From Octopus vulgaris (Eukaryota), in the NCBI GenBank assembly GCA_951406725.2, contig OX597824.1, forward strand, positions 98,642,001 to 98,706,000: a stretch of DNA of 64,000 bases, given 5' to 3'. The translations under genes were made by a program, and so were the position numbers. Below, piece after piece: positions 52,558 to 64,000 of the stretch. The number at the start of each line of letters is the position of its first letter. Positions within the stretch are counted from its first letter, which is position 1. Under the pieces are notes generated by a model. It was not told the origin of the DNA, ran no database searches, and was given only the letters and a program-made list of their open reading frames with translations.

Positions 52558-52706
52558 TGTATATGTGTATGTATGTGTGTGTGTGTGTGAACCATAAAAT
52601 GGGTGGCAAAATTGACTATTATGATGAAAACTTTTCAATGTTATTTTTTTCCCTTCCCAACGTCACACTTCAATAAATCCACCGACGTCAACGACATTTA
52701 TTGCAG

Positions 52707-53148
52707 CTTTGTAACAGCAGGCATCTCCTCCACCACATATTTCTTACACCGTCTCTTTCCTCCTCTAATGACACACGGCTACCATATTTGTCTCACACAG
52801 CCTCTCCATCATATCCCTATTACACAGTCTTTACCATGCTCCAATACTATAAGGCTGCCATATATACCTCTTATGCAGCCTCTATACCCATCTGCAATAA
52901 TACCCCCCCCCTATCAAAGCCCACTTGCACAGCTATACCAAGCTTTAATAAGACAGGGCTACCCGATCCCTCTTCCCCAGCCTTCATACCCAGCTATGAA
53001 AACGCTGTGCGATTACCAAATCCCACTGACACAGCCTCTGTGTCCCGCTATAATGGCTGCTAAAGCTTTCCATTGCGAAGCTTTTAGTCACAATCAATGT
53101 TATGGAAGCACAACATATTTTCAAGTAATCAAAGGTAATCAAATATAA
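52707..53148 (+). other. Degenerate 48-54 bp tandem repeat with two overlapping open frames; candidate downstream (cytoplasmic-tail) exon
   Basis: Frame A repeats Y.IPL.QPLYP; frame B repeats LP.P...A.IPS(Y/F), including PSYENAV; acceptors at 52706, 52717 and 52720. Confidence 0.35.
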
Positions 53149-53267
53149 CACCCGATACACGTTTATATATGTGTATGTCTGTGTGTGTGCGCGTGTGTAT
53201 GTATGTATGTAAGTATCTCTCTATATATACATATATATACATATATATATGAACATGTGTGTTGTTT

Positions 53268-53304
<37 letters not shown>

Positions 53305-53375
53305 ATACATATAAATATATGTACCAGTATATATGTGTATATATGTGCGTGTTTGTGTGTATGTGTGTGTAAGTA

Positions 53376-53437
<62 letters not shown>

Positions 53438-53446
53438 AATGTATGT

Positions 53447-53508
<62 letters not shown>

Positions 53509-53899
53509 TTATAGCTATATATATAATCTTATATTCTCTTTTCTACTCGATATTATTGATTTTGTTATATATGTATATTACTCCGTATATATTTTATGCT
53601 TCTGTGAATAATTGACACCTAACTTAAATTGAATTACAGCTGCGTGAGAATGTAATAACTCGGCAGAAGATAAGCCGAAAATATTAGAGATGCCGAGATA
53701 AAGAAAAGCATCAAAGTAGCAAATTATAGACTGTTTAATGGGTGAAATAAACTTGATGTCGGAAAAAATATTCCTGAAAATATAAAAGCAGAGGTTGTTT
53801 CTGTTCATTGGTTTAACTTTGAACCGCTAAGAACGAAGCATTTAGCAACACGCTACAATATCTTTCTTAAAGGAAAAATTGGATTTCTATGAATTGTTT

Positions 53900-55960
53900 T
53901 GAATACAGGAATAAAGATGGCCACATACTTCCAGCAATTTAATACTCGTCAACCTTTTAACTCTTGGAATTATCGATAATGGTCAGTCTAAAAACAGGAC
54001 TGGCCAATATAGCCGGAATAACCAGCAGATCATTTTTGTGTCTGCATGTAATCATGTAGGTCAACCGTAAAGAATCCTTTTAGCTCCAATTCTATCGTTT
54101 CCTTCCCATAGAAGTAAAATATTTGAAGTTTCAACCACCATTAACTAATAGTTCGATTATCAATCGCTTTGCTGACGGAAAAAAGGTAAAATTTAAACTT
54201 GAATTATTTGTCCATTTATAATTCTACTTTTGACATAAGATATATTCATTTTAAATACGAAGAGGCTTTAAAAGAATTAGAACGTTCTTAATTCCACTTC
54301 TATTTTCATTTCTAGTAAAATTAATGTTATAATTAGATACTTTTTTTTTTTCATTTGGGTAAATGATGAAAATTTAGTTCGAGTTCAGTCGGCTTAAACA
54401 ATCTTTTGGTATTCTTTAACTGAAAACATTTATTTAAAAAATATATATATATATATATATTAGAAGAAATAAGGAACACAGAAATCTGTAAATATAAAAC
54501 CATCCAGATTTCTGAGTACCTTATTTCTTCTAATATATAATACCTGTACATCATCTCCAAACCTTCTAATATATATATATATATAATGAACAATATTTAC
54601 ACATTTACTCGGACGACTTCTCCCTAAACAACGCTTCCAGTCAATGTTCTGTATTCATCGTTATGATGCCTGTCTGTTTGTCTGATTGTAAGGGCTGAAT
54701 TCCCTTTGAACCATTGTCAGCTTTGTTCGAAGCACACACCCCACACCCCCACACCCCATTCTACTGATAACACTGATTATCACTGGAATCGAAAGACATA
54801 ATCCACGTCTCTTTAAACTTGGTTCTTCACTTTTATTTATCGACTTCGACACATCGATCAACTCAGAACTCTTAGAATTGATGGTGTCGGTGCCGTATTT
54901 AGTTTCCTTTCTGATTTTTAAAGAATAAAATTGAAAACGTCGCATTTCTAATGTATTTTTGGTTTATTATATTGAGATGCCATTCAAGGCATCACGAAGA
55001 AAAAAGACACGGATACATCATGGGGCTGTTGGCTTAATGGAAATCGCTAAATATTTGAAGACTTTGTTGATTGTTCTCCGCTCGGAACTTGTTTACCTAT
55101 ATTCTTCCAGGTTGGTGAGTTTCCTCATTATCACCAGACACCAATACAGCAAACTCATTGCATGTAGGTAAGATCTCCCTATCGGAGTGTACGCCATCTG
55201 ACCACCTCTGGTCAGCATGTAATCCGGTTGATACATTTTCTGGTATTGCGCTGGCATCAATTCGTTCTTGAAGAAACAGGAATGATTAAGTGCTGTTAGG
55301 TGAAACTATAATGGAATGATGCTTAAAGTAAATAACATCTTCGAGATTCTCTCTTCCATTATCTACAGCCACTCTCTGCATGCGTTGTGGAACTTGATTC
55401 ATAAGAGTCGTAAAAGTAAGTTTGCAGGCAACTTGTTGCATTAGTAACAAGATTTCTTGGTGCTCCTGAAACCAATAATCAACTCCGTAAATTCTATAAA
55501 TGGAAACACCCCCACTTCCCCCACCCTTGCAACTGTAGAATTGCTTACTTTAAATCACGCGTGGCCATAAAGACTGTTTGAACCTCTGTTATTTTTGGGT
55601 GTTATTTTTGATTCGAAATATTTTGTTTCTGGTGAATCTGGAATGGAACAGCGATGTTGTTCTTTAAGTGCATCTGTTTCTTCTGGAATCTGGTCTGAAC
55701 CGGATTTGCAGCAAATATCAAAAGCAAGATGGACTGATATTCACAAAGTGTGTTCTCCTATGATCAGCAATGTCTTGCAATGATACCATCTCAAGTTTCA
55801 TTAAACAACAGCTATGAAAGATTACTTTGTCATCTGGTTCTGGTACCGAATCTATGTCAGGTTGTCTTGCAACATTCAACATCTTTGCGTTTTCTGTCTG
55901 CTTTGACAATTCTGAGTTCTTTGGCTGTTGTGTTTGTTCTTGGTGTACCTGATGATGATG
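53900..55960 (-). mobile_element. Decayed autonomous Helitron (RepHel N-terminal part)
   Basis: Minus-strand peptides in Helitron order: FHSCCL; SIYRIYG.DY; LQTYFYD; LHADQR..GVH...LPTCNEFAVLVSGD; LQIFSDFH..PMMYP; FQFYSLKIR. Confidence 0.7.
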
Positions 55961-55968
55961 TTCAGAAA

Positions 55969-56093
<125 letters not shown>

Positions 56094-57430
56094 CATGGAG
56101 AGCAGTTTATGAGTGTTTCTTTAAACGCACGACTACATTGCAAAAATTATCTTTTTTCTTTTCTTTCATATTTTCCTATTAAATTTTACAGCTGGTTTTG
56201 GGGCAGCAGAGTTCTGAAATCCATATCCGACGCCTCTAGACCTTTACAGTCTCATCATCATGAATTAAGTTGAATTTATTTGACGTTTCTGTTGCTTTTT
56301 AGATACTGATTGAATTCGTGTTGACTTTCCCACCAAATGTTTATTAACCGTTAGCATTATACCTCATCAGTCACAAATTGGTTTTGTCCGTCACGGTCAA
56401 ATTTTTACTTTGTATTTTTATATTTTGTGTCAGTAGCCTAGTGTTAATTTTTTGATGTGTGTGTTTGTGTGTTGATTTTGACATTGTATTGTGATATGAA
56501 TATGATTTTCATAATTAATCTTCTTAATTAATTTCTGAGAGGAATTTTATAAGGTAGACAAGTATACCCCTCTCGCATTTTCCTCTCTAATTGCGTTTTG
56601 TGGTGTGTGATGTAATGTTGTTCTTTAAAAAAATGAAAACACTCGTTGTCCAATGTAGCTGTGGGACCTCTGTACATAGGAAGCAGATGGGGTGGTCAAG
56701 GTTGGAATATATGTTATCAGAGATCTCTTCAATCTGGGACTCAACAAGAAAGCATATTTGTCGACCTTGGAAATAGTGTCGACGAAAATTCTTGTAATGC
56801 AGAGAGCATAAATAGTGGTAGAGAATGGCCGAGGTCAATGTTTCTGTCTGTGTGTCTTGCAGTGGTTTTAGGTCCCAGCAACAAAGAGAAGCTAAATTTT
56901 GGTAGACAGCACGTTAGTATTTAGGCGGTTGTGGTGGTAACGGTGATGGCGGCGACGGTGGTTGCAACGGTGCTGATGCTGGTAATGGTGGTGATATTTT
57001 AAGATATATTCGGTAGTGTAGTGTAGACAAGGTATAGTCGTAACTGGATTGTCTATGGCCATTCGCTTAGTCGACCAGGGCAGACCTAGGGTTAAACTAA
57101 ATTTCTTGAAAGTCGCACAAGATTCAATGAAAAACCCTGCTTACCGTGTCCTCTTAAGTGAGGGCCCGGCTGGATTGATGGTTCGTGTTGGTCAACCATA
57201 TACCACATGATCACGGCAGATGAGGAGGGCAACTGACAGGGGCTCTGCTAAATGGGTCACCTGGGAGGACCCAGGAAACGTACAAGACAAATGGTGAAGG
57301 CAGCAACGCGTTGCAATGACAATTGCCCCCACCCCCACCTGACCAGGTACAAAATTCTTATAACTTCAGGTCATCTTGACTTTCACCGAGTGACTTTACG
57401 TACACGGGTGTGTGTGTGTGTGAGTGTTTC

Positions 57431-57477
<47 letters not shown>

Positions 57478-58058
57478 ATTGTTGAATGTGTTGTATGTAT
57501 GCGTGTAAGGTCACGTGCATGTGTGTATGACCATGTGTATATCTATAAGTATATGTGTGTGTTTGTATTTGTTTGTACATGTGTATATGTACATTGATGT
57601 GTGTGATTGTATGCGTATGTGTGTGCTTGTGTGTACATGGTTGTATGCGTATGTGCGAATATTTCTGTGCATGTGCATGTGTGTGTGTGTGTGTGTGTGT
57701 GTAAGAATGAGATTTTGCTAGCACTTTCATTTCTCAATCAATAACTGACATCTTACTTTCAGAACACCAGTATTATCATCATCATCATCATCAACATTAT
57801 CATCATCAACATCATCATCGTTACCATTATCATTACCCTCATCGTCACACCGCTCCTACCACCACCACCATCATCGTTATCATCGTCAACAACAACAGCA
57901 CCATCACAGTCGTAGTCGTAGCATATTAGAGACATGGCCGTCACCATGTGCTACCAACGGATAAGAAACTCATAAAATACGGATTGGCTTAACAAAATCG
58001 ATATTGATTCTATAGGGGTTTTTTTCATGTTCTTGTGTGTGTGTGCGTGTGTGTTTGC

Positions 58059-58125
<67 letters not shown>

Positions 58126-59049
58126 TGTGTGTGTGTATATGTTTGTTTTTTTATTGATAAGCAGGTTTTATCGATCTGGCTGCAAATCAAGAAATCCGAG
58201 CAATCAATAATCCAAGGTGAAAAACCTCTCCAGACTTCAAACATGAGATTTGTAACATGGCGCCGATGATTGTGTTGGCGGTGGAGGCGGCGGCGGCGGG
58301 GGTGGCGGCTTTGGTAGTGAAGATGTCGATGGCGGCGGAGGTGGTTCTGGTGGCAACAGTGACGATAGTAATGGCGGTGTTACTGGTGTTGGTGACGGAG
58401 GGAAGATTTCCAGTAATAATATTTTAATATCAATGACATGGTTGTAATTAATAAACAAGTTATTAATTACAATTCAGCGAAATTATTCCATAAAATGAAT
58501 CTTTAAAATCATACAGCTGTTAGTGTAGGAGTGGGGAAAGACTTGATTCTGGATTAAATATTTTAGAAATATCATCGACATATAAAAAAAAAACAATATA
58601 GAATTAATTTTAGCATATTTAAAATATGAACGAGAACATAAAACGATGACGTTTGGTATATTTAGCATTTTATGGAGAATAAATTAATTTTGGAAATGTA
58701 ACGTATAACGAGTGATTTGATCCGAGACCAAGCGCTGACTGTGAGGCCACGGCGTTGTGACAAAAGTCACTGAAGGATGTGAAACCCGTTCGTTTACTTC
58801 AAATCTCAGTTTATTTCATCAGGGACAAAATTTTCCTGATACAGCTGCAAATGTTGCTTTTCCGAGCGCAGTGGATCACGCCGCAGCTGTATGGAGAATA
58901 TTCCGAGACTCATAAAATAAATTTTAATTTTAAAGCGAATTTAACAGCTTTGTGTGTTATTAAATGTTTCTTTCATAAGGTTGTTGCATAAATTAATGTT
59001 AGAATATTCATGTGGGAAGCATAAAATAATGCACTAGAAATGTATGGTG

Positions 59050-59448
59050 AGACATACAAAGATCCAATCCATCCCTGGAACAGTAGAAATCTATAAAACT
59101 TTCCGAAAGTTTATCACTTAAATATATGTGAGCATGACTAGATATGCAACTATATGCATGAGGACACACATAAAACAAAACATACATACACACACATACA
59201 TACATACATACATACATACATACATACATACATACATACATACATACATACATACATACATACATACATACATACATACATACATACATACAGAAATACC
59301 CTGTTGATGCTGAAATTCCAATAAAGGAGCCTTGGATCTAGGTTAGAAACTGGTTCTTTCTCTATTGGCAAGAAGTCTTGAAATAAAACTGAACAATGAC
59401 ATACATACATACATACATACATACATACATACATACATACATACATAC
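59050..59448 (+). mobile_element. 3' end of the (TACA)n-associated R4/Dong-like LINE
   Basis: gatccaatccatccctggaacagtagaaatct...ggagccttggatctaggttagaaac...gaacaatgacatacatac matches 47647-47905. Confidence 0.85.
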
Positions 59449-59989
59449 AATTTTGGGGATATTAGGGTAGATAGGTTATTTTACCTACCACCAACTAAGT
59501 TTTCCCGTTAAATGCCACAAGCTGGTTCAGATTTTCTCGCGCTCAGAACTTGCTGCCAATCACTGAGTCACTGCTGTTGCGTATATATTCTTGCTTGTGC
59601 TACTCTCGCTGCTCCATATTTGAGAACAACCATTGAGAACATCAACAAAGACAGAACACAATAAAAGTAAAACAAAACAAAATAAAACCAGCCACATATG
59701 ACTCACCAACAAATCCCACCAATGTACACATTAGGTTACAACAAAGCAATCAATCAAGGGACGCAAAAATAGCAGCCAATAAACAAAAGGCCAACACAGA
59801 CAGAAACAGTCGCTCTGGCTTTTAACAGTTCTCGACTAAAGATCGCAATAGCGTAAAACTTAAATCATGAGATAAATATTAAGTTTAAATAAACCATTTA
59901 TTGAGCACATTTCGCTCAGTTACTGTGTATAGGATGTAGTATACACTCTTCCAATGGTACTGTCAAACCTTAGGTGGAGTTGGCTTTAA

Positions 59990-60175
59990 TCCGGTGTTGG
60001 TGTGTTTTCGTCCCCGTAGCTTTGCGGTTCGGCAAAAGAAACCGATAGAATAAGTTCAAAGCTTTAAAACAATAAGTTCATCTTTTGGGGTCGATTCGTT
60101 CGACTAAAATTCTTCAAGGCAGTGCCCCAGCATGGCCGCTGTCTAATGCCTGGAACAAGTAAAAGAATAAAAGAA
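59990..60175 (+). mobile_element. SINE family A 3' half
   Basis: ccggtgttggtgtgttttcgtccccg...cccagcatggccgctgtc...aacaagtaaaagaataaaag. Confidence 0.85.
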
Positions 60176-60566
60176 ATGTGGCACTTGGTATTTTTGTCTC
60201 CATTGTTTGTTGTCCCCTATTCAGAAGAATAGATGCCAATAGCACAACAACATTTTGTAAGGGACCATACTATCACAACATGAAAAAGGATCTAAACATT
60301 GTGTGTCTTGGAGATCTTGTTTGCTGTGCATTGGGTTTTTTTTTTTTGTTTTTAATCAAGTAAGCTCGTCGGTCATTTTCCAAGTCGGCAGTAATTTGGT
60401 GGGATTTCGGGGTATTTTCATGAATAAAGGGGACAAGAATGATGGAAATCTTCATTTCTCTTGATACTAGAAGTGAGAAAGTTCCTGTTCCATCAAGGCA
60501 AACATTGCGGACTCTGAAAACTTGATATATTTAGGGACATTGTTGACGGAGTTTATTGAACTACAA

Positions 60567-60824
60567 AACTCAAAATTGAATTATTTCGTTTTGGGGTTTG
60601 GTTTGCAAGGTTCTTTATATGAGTTTGTGTGTTGAAGCATATTCTGTTGTGTCTGGGGAAAGTCATTTTCTTTTTGTGCTTTGTAATGTAACACACTCAC
60701 CGGTAAAATTTCCACTTATTTCTTATTTTTATTTTCCTCAAATTTTTGTTGCGTCTTGCAACCTTTTCAATAATCTTGACTCTCTTGAGTCAATGACTCT
60801 CCCCAGACACAACTCAAAATTGAA
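60567..60824 (-). mobile_element. Short repeat with a 14-bp direct repeat, a 22-bp inverted repeat and a U3-A8 hammerhead-like motif (probable PLE pseudo-LTR derivative)
   Basis: aactcaaaattgaa at 60567 and 60811; gttgtgtctggggaaagtcatt (60646) vs aatgactctccccagacacaac (60792); partial copy at 38171-38227. Confidence 0.5.
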
Positions 60825-61755
60825 GTAAAGTATGAAATAATTATCTGGTTTGGAATCGGGGCGGGGCAGAGAATCATTCATCTGCTGGAAATTTCGAGCC
60901 ATTCAACCGAGGTTTGAAACCCACCAACTTCCGGTTTTCTCTTGTGAGGACAGGTATCTTCACCACTGGCTTCACAAACTTAGAAACTACTTGTATGTTA
61001 TTTTCTATACAAAGTATTTCCTTTTGAGGGCCCCACGGGGACCATGAACCATCTGGATTTTAACAATACAGAACAATTCATTCTCTCAACAACGGTGCTG
61101 AAGCCTTGTAGATATGATGGAATCAGTTTGATTGAAGTGAATTTTGGTAAGACGAAATTTTGTAGCGATCGTAAACTGAACAAGCATCCACAAGATTTTG
61201 TCTTCCTGGTTGAATTAACTAAAAACAGCTGAAATATCAATTTCGGTAGCTAATCCACATATATCACCATTAATCCAGTCAGCTATTAAAAATGTCATTG
61301 GATTAAGAGAGAAAAAGAAAGGAAATGAATCTTAATACAATATTAATAAACTGGCAGAGAGAGGAAGAACGGAAGAGAGGGAGGGAGAGGTGGAAGAGAA
61401 TGATTTGGTGACAGAAAAAATAAAGAAAAGAAGATAATAGAGAGAACAAACGAGAAAGGAAAGATTTTTTAAAACTGGAAGTAGCAAAAATTTCAACGAG
61501 TAGAAGGAAGAGGTGCAGAATAATGAATCCCCAAAATAGAGGAGTTTAGTGGCAGGTGAGAGGAAACAATAGAGACAGGTGATAAAAGAAAGCTGGGAAA
61601 CGATGCACAGACACAGAAAGCTTCTCAAATATATAATAGAGATACACACATACACATATACACACACAAACATATATGTGTGTATGCATGTATATGCATG
61701 TGCGCCGCATGCGTGCGCGTGCAAACGGAAAAGGAAAAGAGAAAGGGGGAGACAA

Positions 61756-61791
<36 letters not shown>

Positions 61792-61966
61792 CAATAGATT
61801 TGTGTCGTGATATAAGTATAATTATAAAGCTATAATTAGGAACAGATTGAAGGTCAATCATCCAGTTATAGGTGAGTTATTCGATCGACTGGAACTAAGA
61901 TGGCGCTCCAGTTCCCGTTTGCAGCCATAGTAAATCCACTCCGTCACTGGTTCTAGAAATACGATG

Positions 61967-62010
<44 letters not shown>

Positions 62011-62187
62011 AATTAGGATTGATTGCCGGATGTAAATATTAAGACCAGCCGGAAGTCTAAAATATTCTGTTCTATAAAAAGCCTCTGGGACACAAGTTAC
62101 TCCTTAATTGACGTCCCTTCTGACGATTATTGTCTGACCAGAAACTGAAATAACGGAAAAATAACCAATCTAACGTGTGTGTCTGTG

Positions 62188-62225
<38 letters not shown>

Positions 62226-62464
62226 CACAGACACACAGACATACACACGCACACGCACATACACACGCACACGCACACACACACACAGATTACAGTATAT
62301 CAATGTTTTTATATTAAAGCAAACGCAGCTTTGCATTAAGCTGAAGGATAACTCAATACATTTGGTAGAGTACAAAATTGTTCACTGCCATTACTATCCT
62401 TGTTAGAGAATATGTGTGTGTGTGTGTATATACATATTTATACATGTAAATATTTATGTGTGTG

Positions 62465-62533
<69 letters not shown>

Positions 62534-62589
62534 ATGTATGTATGTATGTATGTATGTATGTATGTATGTATGTATGTAGATACATATAA

Positions 62590-62659
<70 letters not shown>

Positions 62660-62928
62660 ATGTATGTATGTATGTATGTATATATGTATGTATGTAGATA
62701 CATATAAATATAAATATATATATATATATATTGGCAGACTTCTGTTTTACTGATTTTATCTGGTTCCTCAAACTCCCCCTGTTATGCTCCAAAATCTTCA
62801 TCGTGGCCCTCATTAGAAACCACGTGATCTATGCTCCTACGATACCTTCCAACCATTGTGTTCTGGTTCTATTCTTGTTTATATTTTCCCTGAGTCTTTT
62901 GCCTGGACTCTTCTCCACCGAGACTTAA

Positions 62929-63064
<136 letters not shown>

Positions 63065-63743
63065 CCACTCTTTCCCCTTCCTAGTTGAAACAATCTGTAA
63101 TACTCCAGAATTGAACTTTATCAATATGCTCTACATCATACGAAGCATTGAGCACTTTTATTGAATGCAGTCTTCAAAAATCTTCGGTAATCTTGGGTGA
63201 TTTTTTAAAATTTTTAACGCAGAATTGCACAGCCACAAACAAAATACATTCACATGCGTGCATACATATATATACATACATACGTATATACATACATACA
63301 TACTTACATACATACATAAATATATATATCGTGTGTGTGTGCCTATACACGTGCATGCAGCCTGCTTTTATGGAAACTATCTGCTGTGCACATACATGTC
63401 ATTGCAGCACACACACACACACACACACACGTCTAACTGTAAAGCATAAGAAAAATGAACGAATAATAAAGGGTTTGATGATGACAGGTCTCCACTCTAT
63501 GTTCTACATGTTACAGTTAATTAACTTATTGATAGCTTTACCTAATTAACTTACTTGTTTCTCGCTTACTTCCCGCCGCCTGCAGCACCAACACCAACCC
63601 CGCCTCTCCATTCAACTCATCTAGAATTTCTAAATGCTCCATAATTTGTGAATACACACTGTTAAATTACACGGCACGATGCTGTCCCTTCATTTTTTTC
63701 TGTCTTTTCTTACTCTCTCCTCCTCCCACCCTCTTTCTCTCTG

Positions 63744-63988
<245 letters not shown>

Positions 63989-64000
63989 CATGCATACACA

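Noticed and set aside
56310-56378. Minus-strand CTGATGA...GAAAGTC hammerhead candidate
   Set aside because: Neither stem I nor stem II can pair
56570-56930. Possible R2/NeSL-type C-terminal fragment on the minus strand
   Set aside because: Only vague motif resemblance (RRH, C..C); too decayed
58165-58216. Possible 52-nt exon (FIDLAANQEIRAINNP)
   Set aside because: Mediocre splice sites (aagcag, gtgaaa); cannot be supported without RNA data
60360-60560. Possible Sola-like transposase fragment (PPNYCR..RAYL, minus strand)
   Set aside because: One short motif across a frameshift is insufficient

Overview
Eukaryotic, AT-rich DNA saturated with microsatellites. The SINE families and the extreme (TA)n/(TG)n/(TATG)n load strongly suggest a coleoid cephalopod (Octopus-like) genome; this is an inference from repeat content. 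Almost all ORFs in the supplied track are microsatellite artefacts. Real content: (i) one convincing host exon on the + strand (46375-46527) encoding the transmembrane segment of a single-pass membrane protein, plus a possible repeat-rich downstream exon near 52.7-53.1 kb, so much of the window is probably intronic; (ii) dozens of tRNA-derived SINE copies in at least 3 families; (iii) decayed LINEs: CR1/Jockey-like, L1/Tx1-like, and many R4/Dong-like restriction-endonuclease LINEs sitting in (TAA)n or (TACA)n arrays; (iv) Penelope-like element (PLE) fragments and about 10 minimal type I hammerhead-ribozyme motifs, including apparent natural G3-C8 and U3-A8 core covariants; (v) a full-length DD36E Tc1-type transposon, a palindromic mariner derivative, hAT MITEs and Helitron remnants; (vi) an exact ERSE overlapping a UPRE at about 37.94 kb. 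No bacterial-type systems, CRISPR arrays, rRNA or genuine tRNA genes were seen. Repeat boundaries are approximate (+/- tens of bp) unless terminal motifs are quoted, and family assignments rest on motif recognition without database searches.
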